Shown here: piece after piece, positions 50,665 through 59,635 of the stretch
Layout of the letters: every line of letters begins with the position of its first letter
How positions within the stretch are numbered: the first letter of the stretch is position 1
Translations under genes and position numbers: made by a program
Assembly (NCBI GenBank): GCA_963734495.1
Contig: CAVTHK010000001.1
Location: 96,001-160,000, forward strand
Origin: an uncultured Spirochaetota bacterium
GTDB lineage: Bacteria > Spirochaetota > Spirochaetia > SZUA-6 > CAVTHK01
Length of the DNA stretch: 64,000 nucleotides
Direction: 5' to 3'
Notes under the pieces: generated by a model
What the model saw: the letters and a program-made list of their open reading frames with translations, nothing else
Told to the model about the DNA's origin: nothing
The model's database searches: none

Positions 50665-51375
50665 ATGATGAAAGTGGTCGGCGTCATCAGCAGCGCGAGG
50701 TCCCAGGGCAGCAGCGCGGCGCTCCTGCGCGAGGCGCTTCGAGGCGCGGAAGAGGCGGGGGCCGAGGTCAGCGAGCTGTTCCTGCCGCGGTATCGCATCG
50801 ACTTCTGCAACGGCTGCGGCGCCTGTCTCGCGGCGGGCCGCTGCGCGATCGCGGACGACTTCGAGACGGTCAAGGCCGCTCTCAAGGATGCCGACGGCAT
50901 CATCCTGAGCTCGCCGACCTACGGGAGCGCGCCGTGCGCGCGCATCAAGAACCTGTTCGACCGCCTCGGCCAGCTCGCGTTTCTCTCGTCGTTCGTGGGC
51001 GGAAAGTACGTCGCTGCGATCGCCACGGCGGGCAGCTTCGGCGTCGGCAAGACCGCCAGGGAGATCGCGGCGATTTCGCAGGCCTCGGTGCTGCAGCGCG
51101 CGCGCGTGTCGGGCACTCTCGGCGTGAAGCTTCACGGCAGGCACGCGTCCGAGCTCCCGGCGGAGCTCGCCAAAGCCCGGGCCCTGGGCCGAAAGGTGGC
51201 GCTCGATATCAGGCGCCGCAGCCCCTATCCCCTGCAGGGCCTCGCGACGCGACTCCTGTACGCGCTCGCCATCGGCCCCGCCATCCGAAAGTACATCGTC
51301 GAGAATCGCGGCGGAAAGTTGAAAGGGGTCTACGACGAGCTCGTCCGGAAAGGGACCCTGGCGCCCGCGGCCTGA
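50665..51375 (+). CDS. Flavodoxin-like iron-sulfur flavoprotein (Isf / NADPH-dependent FMN reductase family)
   Basis: SSAR..GSS, C-x2-C-x2-C-x5-C (CNGCGACLAAGRC), ADGIILSSPTY, KNLFDR. AGGAGGAGG RBS. Confidence 0.88.
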   Translation: MMKVVGVISSARSQGSSAALLREALRGAEEAGAEVSELFLPRYRIDFCNGCGACLAAGRCAIADDFETVKAALKDADGIILSSPTYGSAPCARIKNLFDRLGQLAFLSSFVGGKYVAAIATAGSFGVGKTAREIAAISQASVLQRARVSGTLGVKLHGRHASELPAELAKARALGRKVALDIRRRSPYPLQGLATRLLYALAIGPAIRKYIVENRGGKLKGVYDELVRKGTLAPAA

Positions 51376-51423
51376 GGCCGCGGCCGGACGGGCGGATCGA
51401 TGCCGGCCCGGCGGCCCGCGGTT

Positions 51424-51852
51424 CTACTTCCGGCGCGCCCGCAGCAGCAGGACCGGCACGTCGACCGAGTGCCGGACCTTCCTCGCGGTGCTCCCGTAGA
51501 TCAGGTCGCTCAGGAACCGGTGCCCGTGCGTGGACATGGCGATCAGGTCCACGCGCTTCTCGCGAACCAGCTTGACGATCTCGTCGGCGGGCTCGCCCAT
51601 CGCGAGGTGATACTCCACCTCGAAGCCTTCAGAGCGCAGCTCCGCGGCCCGCTGCTCGAGGTAGGCGCGGTCCTGCTTGATCTCCTCGCCCTCGACCAGG
51701 TTCAGCCTGTCGTAGTTCCGCGCGACCCAGCCGTCGGCGACGTGGACGAGCACGAGCGTCGCACCCGTCAGTCTGGCCAGGCCGCGGATGTGGGCGAGGA
51801 TCGCGCGATCGGTCGCGGTGTTTTCGAGCGGAACCAGGATCCTGCGATACAT
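51424..51852 (-). CDS. Universal stress protein (UspA family)
   Basis: MYRRILVPL, GEPADEI, DLIAMSTHG, GSTA..V..PVLL. Confidence 0.92.
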   Translation of the reverse strand: MYRRILVPLENTATDRAILAHIRGLARLTGATLVLVHVADGWVARNYDRLNLVEGEEIKQDRAYLEQRAAELRSEGFEVEYHLAMGEPADEIVKLVREKRVDLIAMSTHGHRFLSDLIYGSTARKVRHSVDVPVLLLRARRK

Positions 51853-51908
51853 GCTGCCGCCTCCCCGCCTACGTGCGCGCCTCGCGAGCCTCGCGCGCGC
51901 CCGCGTCT

Positions 51909-51981
51909 CGCGCGCGCCCCGCCCCCGGCTCGGCGCTTACGCCCCCGCGCCCGCGCCCGCGCGCGCCCCGCCCCCGCGCCC
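51909..51981 (-). repeat. GC-only low-complexity tract with eight G-runs on the transcribed strand
   Basis: CGCGCGCGCCCCGCCCCC occurs twice (51909-51926 and 51958-51975), with further C3-C5 runs. Confidence 0.5.
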
Positions 51982-51984
51982 GGG

Positions 51985-53373
51985 CTACCCCGCCAGCCTC
52001 GCCACCCAGCCCGTGAGCCCCGAGAAATCCGCGAGGTACTTCACGTTCAGGGCCACGATGGTCGCGGCCGCGGCCCAGGCCAGCGCCCTGAGCCAGGGCC
52101 GGGCGACGTGCTCCCCCATCTTCCTCCGGTCGCCGGTGAACCGGATCAGCGGGATCACCGCGAACGGGAGCTGGAGGCTGAGCACCACCTGGCTCAGCAC
52201 GAGCAACCGGGCGGTGCCGTGCTCCCCGTAGAGGCCGGTCACCACGGCGGCCGGGACGATCGCGAGCCCGCGAGTGATCAGCCGCCTCAGCCACGGCTTG
52301 AGGCGGATGTTGAGAAAGCCCTCCATCACGATCTGCCCGGCGAGCGTCCCCGTCAACGTGGAGTTCTGGCCCGACGCGAGCAGGGCCAGCGCGAACAGCG
52401 CGCTCGCGATCGGGACGCCGAGCATCGGCGAGAGCAGCTTGTAGGCATCGGAGATCTCCGCGACGTCGCTCTTGCCGCGCACGTGGAAGGCAGCGGCGGA
52501 GATGACCAGGATGGCGGCATTGATGAACAGCGCGAACATCAGCGCCGCGGTCGAATCGATCGTGGCGTACCGGACGGCCTCCCGCTTGCCCGCCGGCGTG
52601 CGCTCGAAGCTGCGCGTCTGAACGATCGACGAGTGAAGGTAGAGGTTGTGCGGCATCACGGTCGCCCCGAGGATCCCGATGGCCACATAGAGCATGTCGG
52701 TGTTGCGGAGGATCTCCAGCGTCGGCACGAACCCGCCGAGGACGCCGCGCAGTTCGGGCCGCGAGAACATGATCTCCAGCCCGAAGCAGACTCCGATCAG
52801 AGTGATCAGGCCGATGACCAGAGCCTCGATGTAGCGGAACCCCTTGTGCTGAAGGTACAACACCGCCAGCACGTCCAGCGACGTGAGCGAGACGCCCCAG
52901 ATCAGCGGCAGGCCGAACAGCAGGTTCAGCGCCACGGCCGAGCCGATGACCTCCGCCAGGTCGCACGCGCAGATCGCGATCTCGCACAGCACCCAGAGCG
53001 CGACCGAGACCGGGCGCGAGTAGGCGTCGCGGCATGCCTGCGCCAGGTCGCGTCCGGTCACGATCCCGAGCCTCGCGCACAGCGCCTGCAGGAGGATCGC
53101 CATCAGGTTGGAGACGAGGATGACCGACAGCAGGGTGTAGCCGAACGCCGACCCGCCGGCGAGGTCCGTGGCCCAGTTGCCCGGGTCCATGTAGCCGACG
53201 GCCACGAGGTAGCCGGGCCCGGCAAAGGCCAGCATCTTCTTCCAGAAGCCGGCGCCCCGCGGGATCGGTATCGTGTTGTGAACCTCGGCGAGGCTCGGGC
53301 GGCCGCCGGACGATCGCCACCCGCCCGCGTCGGCCTCTTCCGGGACGCGCTGCGCTTCGCTGCTCATGGTCAT
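51985..53373 (-). CDS. mntH: Nramp-family divalent metal (Mn2+/Fe2+) transporter
   Basis: [56 protein letters not shown]. Confidence 0.95.
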   Translation of the reverse strand: MTMSSEAQRVPEEADAGGWRSSGGRPSLAEVHNTIPIPRGAGFWKKMLAFAGPGYLVAVGYMDPGNWATDLAGGSAFGYTLLSVILVSNLMAILLQALCARLGIVTGRDLAQACRDAYSRPVSVALWVLCEIAICACDLAEVIGSAVALNLLFGLPLIWGVSLTSLDVLAVLYLQHKGFRYIEALVIGLITLIGVCFGLEIMFSRPELRGVLGGFVPTLEILRNTDMLYVAIGILGATVMPHNLYLHSSIVQTRSFERTPAGKREAVRYATIDSTAALMFALFINAAILVISAAAFHVRGKSDVAEISDAYKLLSPMLGVPIASALFALALLASGQNSTLTGTLAGQIVMEGFLNIRLKPWLRRLITRGLAIVPAAVVTGLYGEHGTARLLVLSQVVLSLQLPFAVIPLIRFTGDRRKMGEHVARPWLRALAWAAAATIVALNVKYLADFSGLTGWVARLAG

Positions 53374-53407
53374 CTCCCGGGAGCGCCGACCGCCGGCGCC
53401 CGCTGCT

Positions 53408-53474
53408 ATTTAGTCATGACTTAATTAGACTTTTCGCACCCCTAATAATATTAGATGCCTGAAATGATCGTCAA
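53408..53474 (-). promoter_or_regulatory. mntH promoter with a near-palindromic DtxR/MntR-like operator
   Basis: ATTTAGTCATGACTTAAT (53408-53425, one mismatched pair). Minus-strand TTGACG at 53474-53469 with TATTAT 18 nt downstream. Confidence 0.6.
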
Positions 53475-53599
53475 TATGAAGGCTGCTGCCCGCCCGAAGC
53501 GTCGCAATCGGGGCATCCAGCTCCATCGACTTGATTCCGAGCCGGCGGCAGGTCGAGGATACGGCTGCCGCGGCTCTCCCGCGGCGAGGCGGACCATTG

Positions 53600-54397
53600 A
53601 TGTCTCTGCAGCAGCTTCCTGAGCAGGTGCGGGCAGTCGCCGAGGATCTCCTCCCCTGGCTGCAGCGGATGGTCGAAGGCAGGCACGCGGTCGCCCTCGG
53701 AGGGTCACTCGGAAAGAAAGCGGCCGACGCACGCTCCGACCTCGACTTCCGGCTCTTCTACGACCGGCTCGAACCCGACGAGCCGCGCCTCGAAGCCTGC
53801 CGCGGGGAGCTGAAGGCCCGGATCGAAGCGTGGGTCGGCCGCGGCGTGAAGGTCGACGGCTACTGGCCCCGCAGGATCGCGGACATCGAAGCCGCCCTCG
53901 AGGGGCAGCTCGCGGGCCAACCTCCCGAGCCGATGGTCTGGAGCGTGTGGGGCTACCATCTCCTCACGGACCTCTCCAACCTGCTCGTCGTGAGCGACCC
54001 CTGGGGGGTCGTCCGCGCCTGGAGCGAGCGACTGGCGGTGTTCCAGCCCGCTCTCAGGGCGGCCCTCATCGACAGGCACGGCAAGACGCTGCGCTACTGG
54101 CGCGGCGACTATCACTACGCGAGCAAGGCGGAGCGCGGCGACCCCGTGTTCTGTCATGGGCTGGCGACGACTCTGATCCACGCGGTCTTCCAGGTCCTCT
54201 TCGCGCTGAACGAGGTCTACTACGTCGGCGACGGGCGGAACCTCGAGTGCGCGAGCGCCTTCAGCATCCTGCCGCGTGATTTCGAGGCCCGTGTCAGGGC
54301 CGCGCTCTCCGCCGCAGACTCGGCGGCCGCGCTGCGGCGCCAGCGGGAGACGCTCATCGGGCTCATCGACGACGTGCTCGCCCTCGTCCGGGAATAG
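53600..54397 (+). CDS. Nucleotidyltransferase-domain protein (DUF4037-like)
   Basis: Pol-beta motif GGS..G..AD..SDLD, DPWG, and C-terminal helical domain LFALNEVYY. Confidence 0.72.
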   Translation: MSLQQLPEQVRAVAEDLLPWLQRMVEGRHAVALGGSLGKKAADARSDLDFRLFYDRLEPDEPRLEACRGELKARIEAWVGRGVKVDGYWPRRIADIEAALEGQLAGQPPEPMVWSVWGYHLLTDLSNLLVVSDPWGVVRAWSERLAVFQPALRAALIDRHGKTLRYWRGDYHYASKAERGDPVFCHGLATTLIHAVFQVLFALNEVYYVGDGRNLECASAFSILPRDFEARVRAALSAADSAAALRRQRETLIGLIDDVLALVRE

Positions 54398-54449
54398 AAA
54401 GGCTCCCCGGGGCGGCCCGGGGAGCCAGGAAACGAGGAGGCGGCGCTCT

Positions 54450-55085
54450 TTACCGGAAGCGCGCGGGGAACTGCTTCACGATGCCGTCCGCGAGCATGTC
54501 GGAGAACTTCAGCATGTGCTCGTGGCCTGCGTCGTAAGCCTGCATGTCCGCGGCCCAGTCGCCCTTGAGTCGCGATACGACCTCGGTCGTCGTGTACCCG
54601 AGGTGCATGTCGAGCATCATGGCGAGATCGGACTTCGACCAGTTCGGGTTCGCAGCGGCGAGGAACGCGGCGATCTCCCGGGCGTTGAGGGCCCACGCCG
54701 CCTCGCCCTTGTCCACTCCGCGCGCGTCGCCGGCCTTTGCCGCCGCGACGATGTCGGCCGCGATCAGGATGTGCTCGCGCAGCAGCTTTGCGAGCTTCGC
54801 CCCCGCCGCCTGGCCGTAGAACGGCGCGACGGCCGCCCCCAGGTCGTCCTGGTTCCGCAGGAGCCGCTGGGCGACCGCCCCCGCGTCGGGCAGCCCGGCG
54901 AGCGAGCTGATGATGAAGGTCCGGGTGTAGACGATGTGCTCCTCCCAGAGCTTGCGCAGGGCGGAGTGCAGGTCGACCTCCGTGGAGGTGTAGGTCGCCT
55001 GGTCCAGTGCCCCGGCCGAAGCGGCAGCCAGCAGGCAGGCGAGCACGAGGCCCGGCAGAGCGAGACGAGACAGTGATCTTTTCAT
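54450..55085 (-). CDS. Secreted all-helical His-containing protein of unknown function
   Basis: AAGGAG RBS, signal peptide, LRKLWEEH..YTR, RLLRNQ..PFYG, LLREHI, ANPNW, LADGIVKQFP. Confidence 0.75.
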   Translation of the reverse strand: MKRSLSRLALPGLVLACLLAAASAGALDQATYTSTEVDLHSALRKLWEEHIVYTRTFIISSLAGLPDAGAVAQRLLRNQDDLGAAVAPFYGQAAGAKLAKLLREHILIAADIVAAAKAGDARGVDKGEAAWALNAREIAAFLAAANPNWSKSDLAMMLDMHLGYTTTEVVSRLKGDWAADMQAYDAGHEHMLKFSDMLADGIVKQFPARFR

Positions 55086-55127
55086 GACAACTCCTTCTAT
55101 GGCGGGGAAGGTATCGTCGCCAAACAT

Positions 55128-55155
55128 AATAAGTCCAGTAATATTTTTACTTATT
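55128..55155. promoter_or_regulatory. Inverted repeat AATAAGT-N14-ACTTATT (candidate operator)
   Basis: Perfect 7-bp arms in the only AT-rich patch of the divergent intergenic region. Confidence 0.65.
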
Positions 55156-55189
55156 TGACTATTCCCCAGCGCCGGCGTATCCTTGCCCC

Positions 55190-55819
55190 ATGGTAGACAG
55201 GGAAAGCCCCGAGGCATCGAACGCCCAGGAAAGGGTGATCCGGCTGCTGGCGCGCGGCGCGCAGACCGTCGACCAGCTGGCCGCCGGCCTGGACATCACG
55301 CCCAACGCCGTGCGCGCGCAGCTCGCCCTGCTGCGGCGCGAGGGCATTGTCGAGGAAGCCGGGCGGGCGCGCGGCGCCCGCAGGCCGTCGGTCATCTACA
55401 GGCTGCGGAAGGGCGCCGAGGTACGGCTCTCGCGCGCCTACCCGCTGGCCTTTGCGCGGCTGGTGGAGACGGCGGCGGACAAGCTGCGCCCCGCGGCCTT
55501 TGTCGAGCTGCTTCGCGCCGCCGGGCGGCGGATGGCCGCGGCGTTCCTGCCCGGCTCGGGCGACGCGGGCGAGCGGGCCGCCGCAGCCGCCTCGGCCCTC
55601 GAGAAGCTCGGCTCCCGGGTGCGGGTCACGAGGCAGGGCGCGAAGTTCCTCCTGCGCGGCGACGCCTGTCCCCTCGGCGAAGCGGTCGCGGCGGACGAGA
55701 GGACGTGCGCGGCCATGGCCGCGATGCTCGAGGAGGTGACGGGGCTCGAGGTGCGCGAGTGCTGCGAGCACGGGGACCACCCCCGCTGCGGATTCGAGCT
55801 CCGCGCCCGCAGAGGGTAG
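55190..55819 (+). CDS. SufR-like winged-HTH regulator with a Cys-rich C-terminal domain
   Basis: TVDQLA..LDITPNAVRAQL..L..EG.V, RRPSVIY, and C-x12-C-x17-CC-x7-C. Confidence 0.8.
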   Translation: MVDRESPEASNAQERVIRLLARGAQTVDQLAAGLDITPNAVRAQLALLRREGIVEEAGRARGARRPSVIYRLRKGAEVRLSRAYPLAFARLVETAADKLRPAAFVELLRAAGRRMAAAFLPGSGDAGERAAAAASALEKLGSRVRVTRQGAKFLLRGDACPLGEAVAADERTCAAMAAMLEEVTGLEVRECCEHGDHPRCGFELRARRG

Positions 55820-55833
55820 AGCAGGGCGCTCCG

Positions 55834-57153
55834 CTATGCGAGCAGCTCCGTCATCGGGACGCCGTCCGCGTCGGGCAGCGGCACGCCGAGGATCTTTGCA
55901 AAGGTGGGCGCCTGGTCCACGATCGGTCGACGCTCGAGCACCGCGCCGTCCCTGAAATCCGGTCCCCTCGCGATGAACACGGGTTGCGGTCCCCTGTCGG
56001 GCAGATAGCCGTGCGTGGCCATACCGTAGCGGAAATCCGAGAGGTCGATGTTCTGGATCACGGGCCTGACGCACGATTCGCTGAATGAGGTGTAGCCGTC
56101 CGTCTCGAGCACGAAAGAGAAGCCGCCGTCGAGACGCTCCTCCTTCCTGACCTCTTCGCGGGTGAACACACGCGTGAACCCGTAGATGCCCTCGGCGCAC
56201 ATCCGCGTGAGCAGGTCGTGCACTTCGCCGCGGGTCTTCGCGTCGCCGGGATCCTTGAGATACACCAGAGCCGACATCGCGTTCGAGAAGCAGTACGCTT
56301 TGTAGTCGAGCACCTTTCCCTCGGGGGAAACGCGTATGAACCCGTGATCGGCGAGGAACACGTTCGGCTTGATGATCCGGGTCAGGTTCATCTGACCGTG
56401 GTCGCTCAGCATGACGATGTTGGTTTCGTCGAGGACACCCGCATCCTCGAGCGCCGACACGAGCTGCCCGAACCAGAGGTCGACCTTCCTGATGCCTTCG
56501 GTCACGGCGTCGTTGAAGAGCCCGTTCTTGTGGCGCGCGCTGTCCATGTACGCGTTGTGGAGGAACGTCACCTCGGGTCTGTACGTCCGGAGGATGTCGC
56601 AGGCGCAGGTGACGAGAAAATTGTCGATGAACGGCTGGATCGTCACGTTCGCCCTGCCCGTCTTGACGTACGACGGGGGCAGCAGGTTCGCGTTCTTCCT
56701 GATGATCGGGATCACGGCTTCGCTCGAGCCGACGTGCCTGAAAGAGCTTTCCAGCGTGTCGCCGGGATACGGCATCCAGTACTCGTCGATGAGGTAGTCG
56801 ACGTCCGGGTGGCGGCCCGTGACCGGCCAGAAGATGGCGGCGGTGGAGTACCCGCCCCTCTTTGCGGCCGTAAAGAGGTCGGGCACTCTGATCTCACTGG
56901 CGAACCAGAGCCAGGTCTCTTCCTTGTTCCCGGTCGTGAACTCGAAATTGCTGCACAGGCCGTGCTTGTCCGGATAGCAGCCGGTCGTGATGCTCACGTG
57001 GGCAGGATACGTGACCGAAGGGTAGATCGTGCGCACCGTCCGGACCTCGCTGCCCCCCGCGAGGTGCTTCCTGAAGTTGGGCAGTGTCCTGAGAACCTCG
57101 ATGTCCTCGCGGACCAGCGCATCCACCGAAAACACCAGAAGCCTTTTCTTCAT
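55834..57153 (-). CDS. Alkaline phosphatase superfamily / type I phosphodiesterase (NPP-like)
   Basis: SVDAL, PSVTYPAH..TG, DSARH, SDHGQ, ATHGY. Confidence 0.88.
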   Translation of the reverse strand: MKKRLLVFSVDALVREDIEVLRTLPNFRKHLAGGSEVRTVRTIYPSVTYPAHVSITTGCYPDKHGLCSNFEFTTGNKEETWLWFASEIRVPDLFTAAKRGGYSTAAIFWPVTGRHPDVDYLIDEYWMPYPGDTLESSFRHVGSSEAVIPIIRKNANLLPPSYVKTGRANVTIQPFIDNFLVTCACDILRTYRPEVTFLHNAYMDSARHKNGLFNDAVTEGIRKVDLWFGQLVSALEDAGVLDETNIVMLSDHGQMNLTRIIKPNVFLADHGFIRVSPEGKVLDYKAYCFSNAMSALVYLKDPGDAKTRGEVHDLLTRMCAEGIYGFTRVFTREEVRKEERLDGGFSFVLETDGYTSFSESCVRPVIQNIDLSDFRYGMATHGYLPDRGPQPVFIARGPDFRDGAVLERRPIVDQAPTFAKILGVPLPDADGVPMTELLA

Positions 57154-57264
57154 CGTCGAGCTCCACTGTTGATGACTCTGCGCCCGTCAGCATACGGAGC
57201 GCGGGTTGACCGGGAGGCCGGGGCCGGCGTGCGGCGCGCCGCCGGCTGCCTCGGCCGTTCGCAG

Positions 57265-57497
57265 TCACTTTCTGACAGCGGCGCGCACCTCGTCCAGGAG
57301 TCTCATGGTTCCCACGGCGTCCTCGATGGTGCAGGCCGGCTTCGTTCCGGCACGTGGTAGAAGGCGGCAAAGCGGGCGAGGCTCGCGGCGCTGACGTCGC
57401 GTGCGGCGACCAGTTCCACGGGCATGTTCTTCATCGTCGGATACGGGACGTTGTACGTGTGCGCCCCGAGGCCGACCAGTCCGAGCCGCAATTTCAC
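57265..57497 (-). pseudogene. Gfo/Idh/MocA oxidoreductase remnant (N-terminus fused to C-terminus)
   Basis: VKLRLGLVGLGAH...VELVAARD...FYHVPER (Rossmann start) joins TKPACTIEDAVGTMRLLDEV..* in another frame at ~57343. Confidence 0.7.
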
Positions 57498-57607
57498 CCC
57501 GAATGCTCCTGTCGCGGTTTGCAGCCGCCGCAAAGGCAGGAAGCGCGATCGAGTGTACCGGGGCGCGCGCGGACGCGCAACCTGCATGTAGGCAGGCAGG
57601 CCCGCGG

Positions 57608-59625
57608 CTATGTCCCGGTCCGCCCGAACGCTTCGGCGACCTGCGCGCCCTTGCGCACGTAGACCGGGATGCGGGCGAGCGGGGCCTCGACCAGCAGCCA
57701 CTCGCCCGAGGGCGGCGTCTTGCCGGTCCAGGCGTCCACCCAGACGGCACCTGCCGGCAGGTAGACGCGGCGCGACCGCGCTCCGTGCGCGGTCACGGGG
57801 GCGGCCAGAATGTCCGGCCCGAACAGCAGCTCGTCGTCGATGTCGTACAGCGGGGCCTCGCCGGGGTAATCGAAGAAGACCGGTCGCATGGGGGGGACGC
57901 CCGTCGTCGCGGCGGCCTTCATTTGATCCTTGATGTAGGGACGCAGGCGCTCGCGGAGGAACAGCAGCCCCTTGATGATCTCGTACGCCTCGTCGCCGAA
58001 GGACCAGATCTCGTTCGGGCCGGCGTTCTTGAGGTCCCACGAGTTGCGGAACCCGTGCAGACGGAAGACCGGGCAGAAGAGGCCCCACTGGAACCAGCGC
58101 ACGATGAGCTCGCGGAACGCCGGGTCGGAGACGTCGCCGCCGAAGAAGCCGCCGATGTCGGTCGTCCACCAGGGGATGCCGGCCATGGCCATGTTGAGCC
58201 CGTTCTTGACCTGCTGCGCGAGCACCTCGAAGGTCGACGAGATGTCGCCGGACCACACGCACGCGCCGTACTTCTGGCTGCCGGCCCACGCGCTGCGGCA
58301 GAGGTTGATCGGGAGCTCCTCGCCGGCCGCCTTCATCCCTTCGTAAAAGGCACGCTCTTCGTACAGGGGATAGAGCGACGACACCTTGGCGCCGTTGCCG
58401 ATCGCATAGCGCATGTTGTGCGTGTCGTACGGGTTGACCTCGGGCTCGCACTCGTCGAGCCAGAACAGGCGCACGCCGCGGTCCCGGTAGTTGCGCTTGA
58501 CGATGTCCCAGACATAGCGCCGCGCCTCGGGGTTCGTGAAGTCGACGAAGTGCAGGTACTTCACGCCGGCGTAGGTGTCGGTGAAGCGCATGAAGACCGG
58601 GAGGCTCGCCTCCGCCCGCACGAGGTAGCCGCGGTCGAGCATCTCCTGGAAGTGCGGAGCTGTCGCCGTTGACCGTGGGCCAGATCGAGACCATGGTCTC
58701 GATGCCCATGCTCCTTGAGCTCCCGGAGCATGCCCTCGGGGTCGGGCCAGCACTTCGGGTCGAAGTCCCACTCGCCCATCATGGCCCAGTGGAAGAAGTC
58801 GATGACGATCACCGACATCGGCAGGCCGCGCTTCTTGTGCTCCCGGGCTGTTTCCATGAGCTCGTCGCGGTTCCTGTAGCGCAGCTTGCACTGCCAGAAA
58901 CCCATGGCCCAGTCGGGCATCATGGTCGGGAAGCCCGTGAGGCGCGCGTAGTTCTCCGCGACCTCCGCCGGCGTCCCGCCGCCTAACACGAAGTAGTCGA
59001 GCTGGTCGGTCTTCTCCGCGACCCAGTACGTGCCGTTGGCGGCGAGCTCGACGCGGCCGTACGCCGGGTTGTTCCAGAAGAAGCCGTAGCCCTTCGACGA
59101 GTACGTCACGGGGACGACCGTGTGCGAGTTCATCTGGCGCAGCTCGAGGACGCACCCCTTGAGGTTCAGAAACCCGTTCTGGTTGTGGCCGAGGCCGTAG
59201 AGCTTCTCCGCCGGGTCCGCCCGGAAGCGCGCCTCGACGCGGAAGCTGCCGGGCTCGATGCCGCGCAGGCTGTGGCCGGGGTCGGGCAGGACGCCGAGGG
59301 AGCGCTTTTCCTCGAGCAGCGTGCGGCCGCTACGGGCCTGAAAGAACCGCAGCGGCGCCTCGTCGCCGTTGAATGCGAACGCGTACGCCTTGTCGATCGC
59401 GACGCCGATCCTGCCGTTGACGAGCGTGATCTCCTTGTCCGTCTCGGCGACCTGGGGGGCGAGTGACTCGTCCTTCGCGTTGATCGCCCAGTCGAAAGGC
59501 TCGAAGCTGTCGGCCAGGGTGGCGCGCACGCGGATGCAGTCGCGGCTCCACGCCTCCACCCTCAGCGTCTCGCCCCGGTAGCGCCGCTCGAAGTAGTCGC
59601 GGCCCGAGCCGAAGAGAGCAGGCAT
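57608..59625 (-). CDS. Glycoside hydrolase family 31 (alpha-xylosidase/alpha-glucosidase; frameshifts at ~58660 and ~58710)
   Basis: YGLG, GFWQCKLRY, IVIDFFHW, FWLDECEPE (nucleophile), WSGD, WTTDIGGF (acid/base), RLHG, PPMRP. Confidence 0.88.
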
Positions 59626-59635
59626 AGGGCTCCTC

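Noticed and set aside
12280..57350. GAACG at two deletion junctions as a recombinase site
   Set aside because: Only 5 bp, absent at the other two junctions, and the breakpoints cannot be placed exactly without intact alleles.
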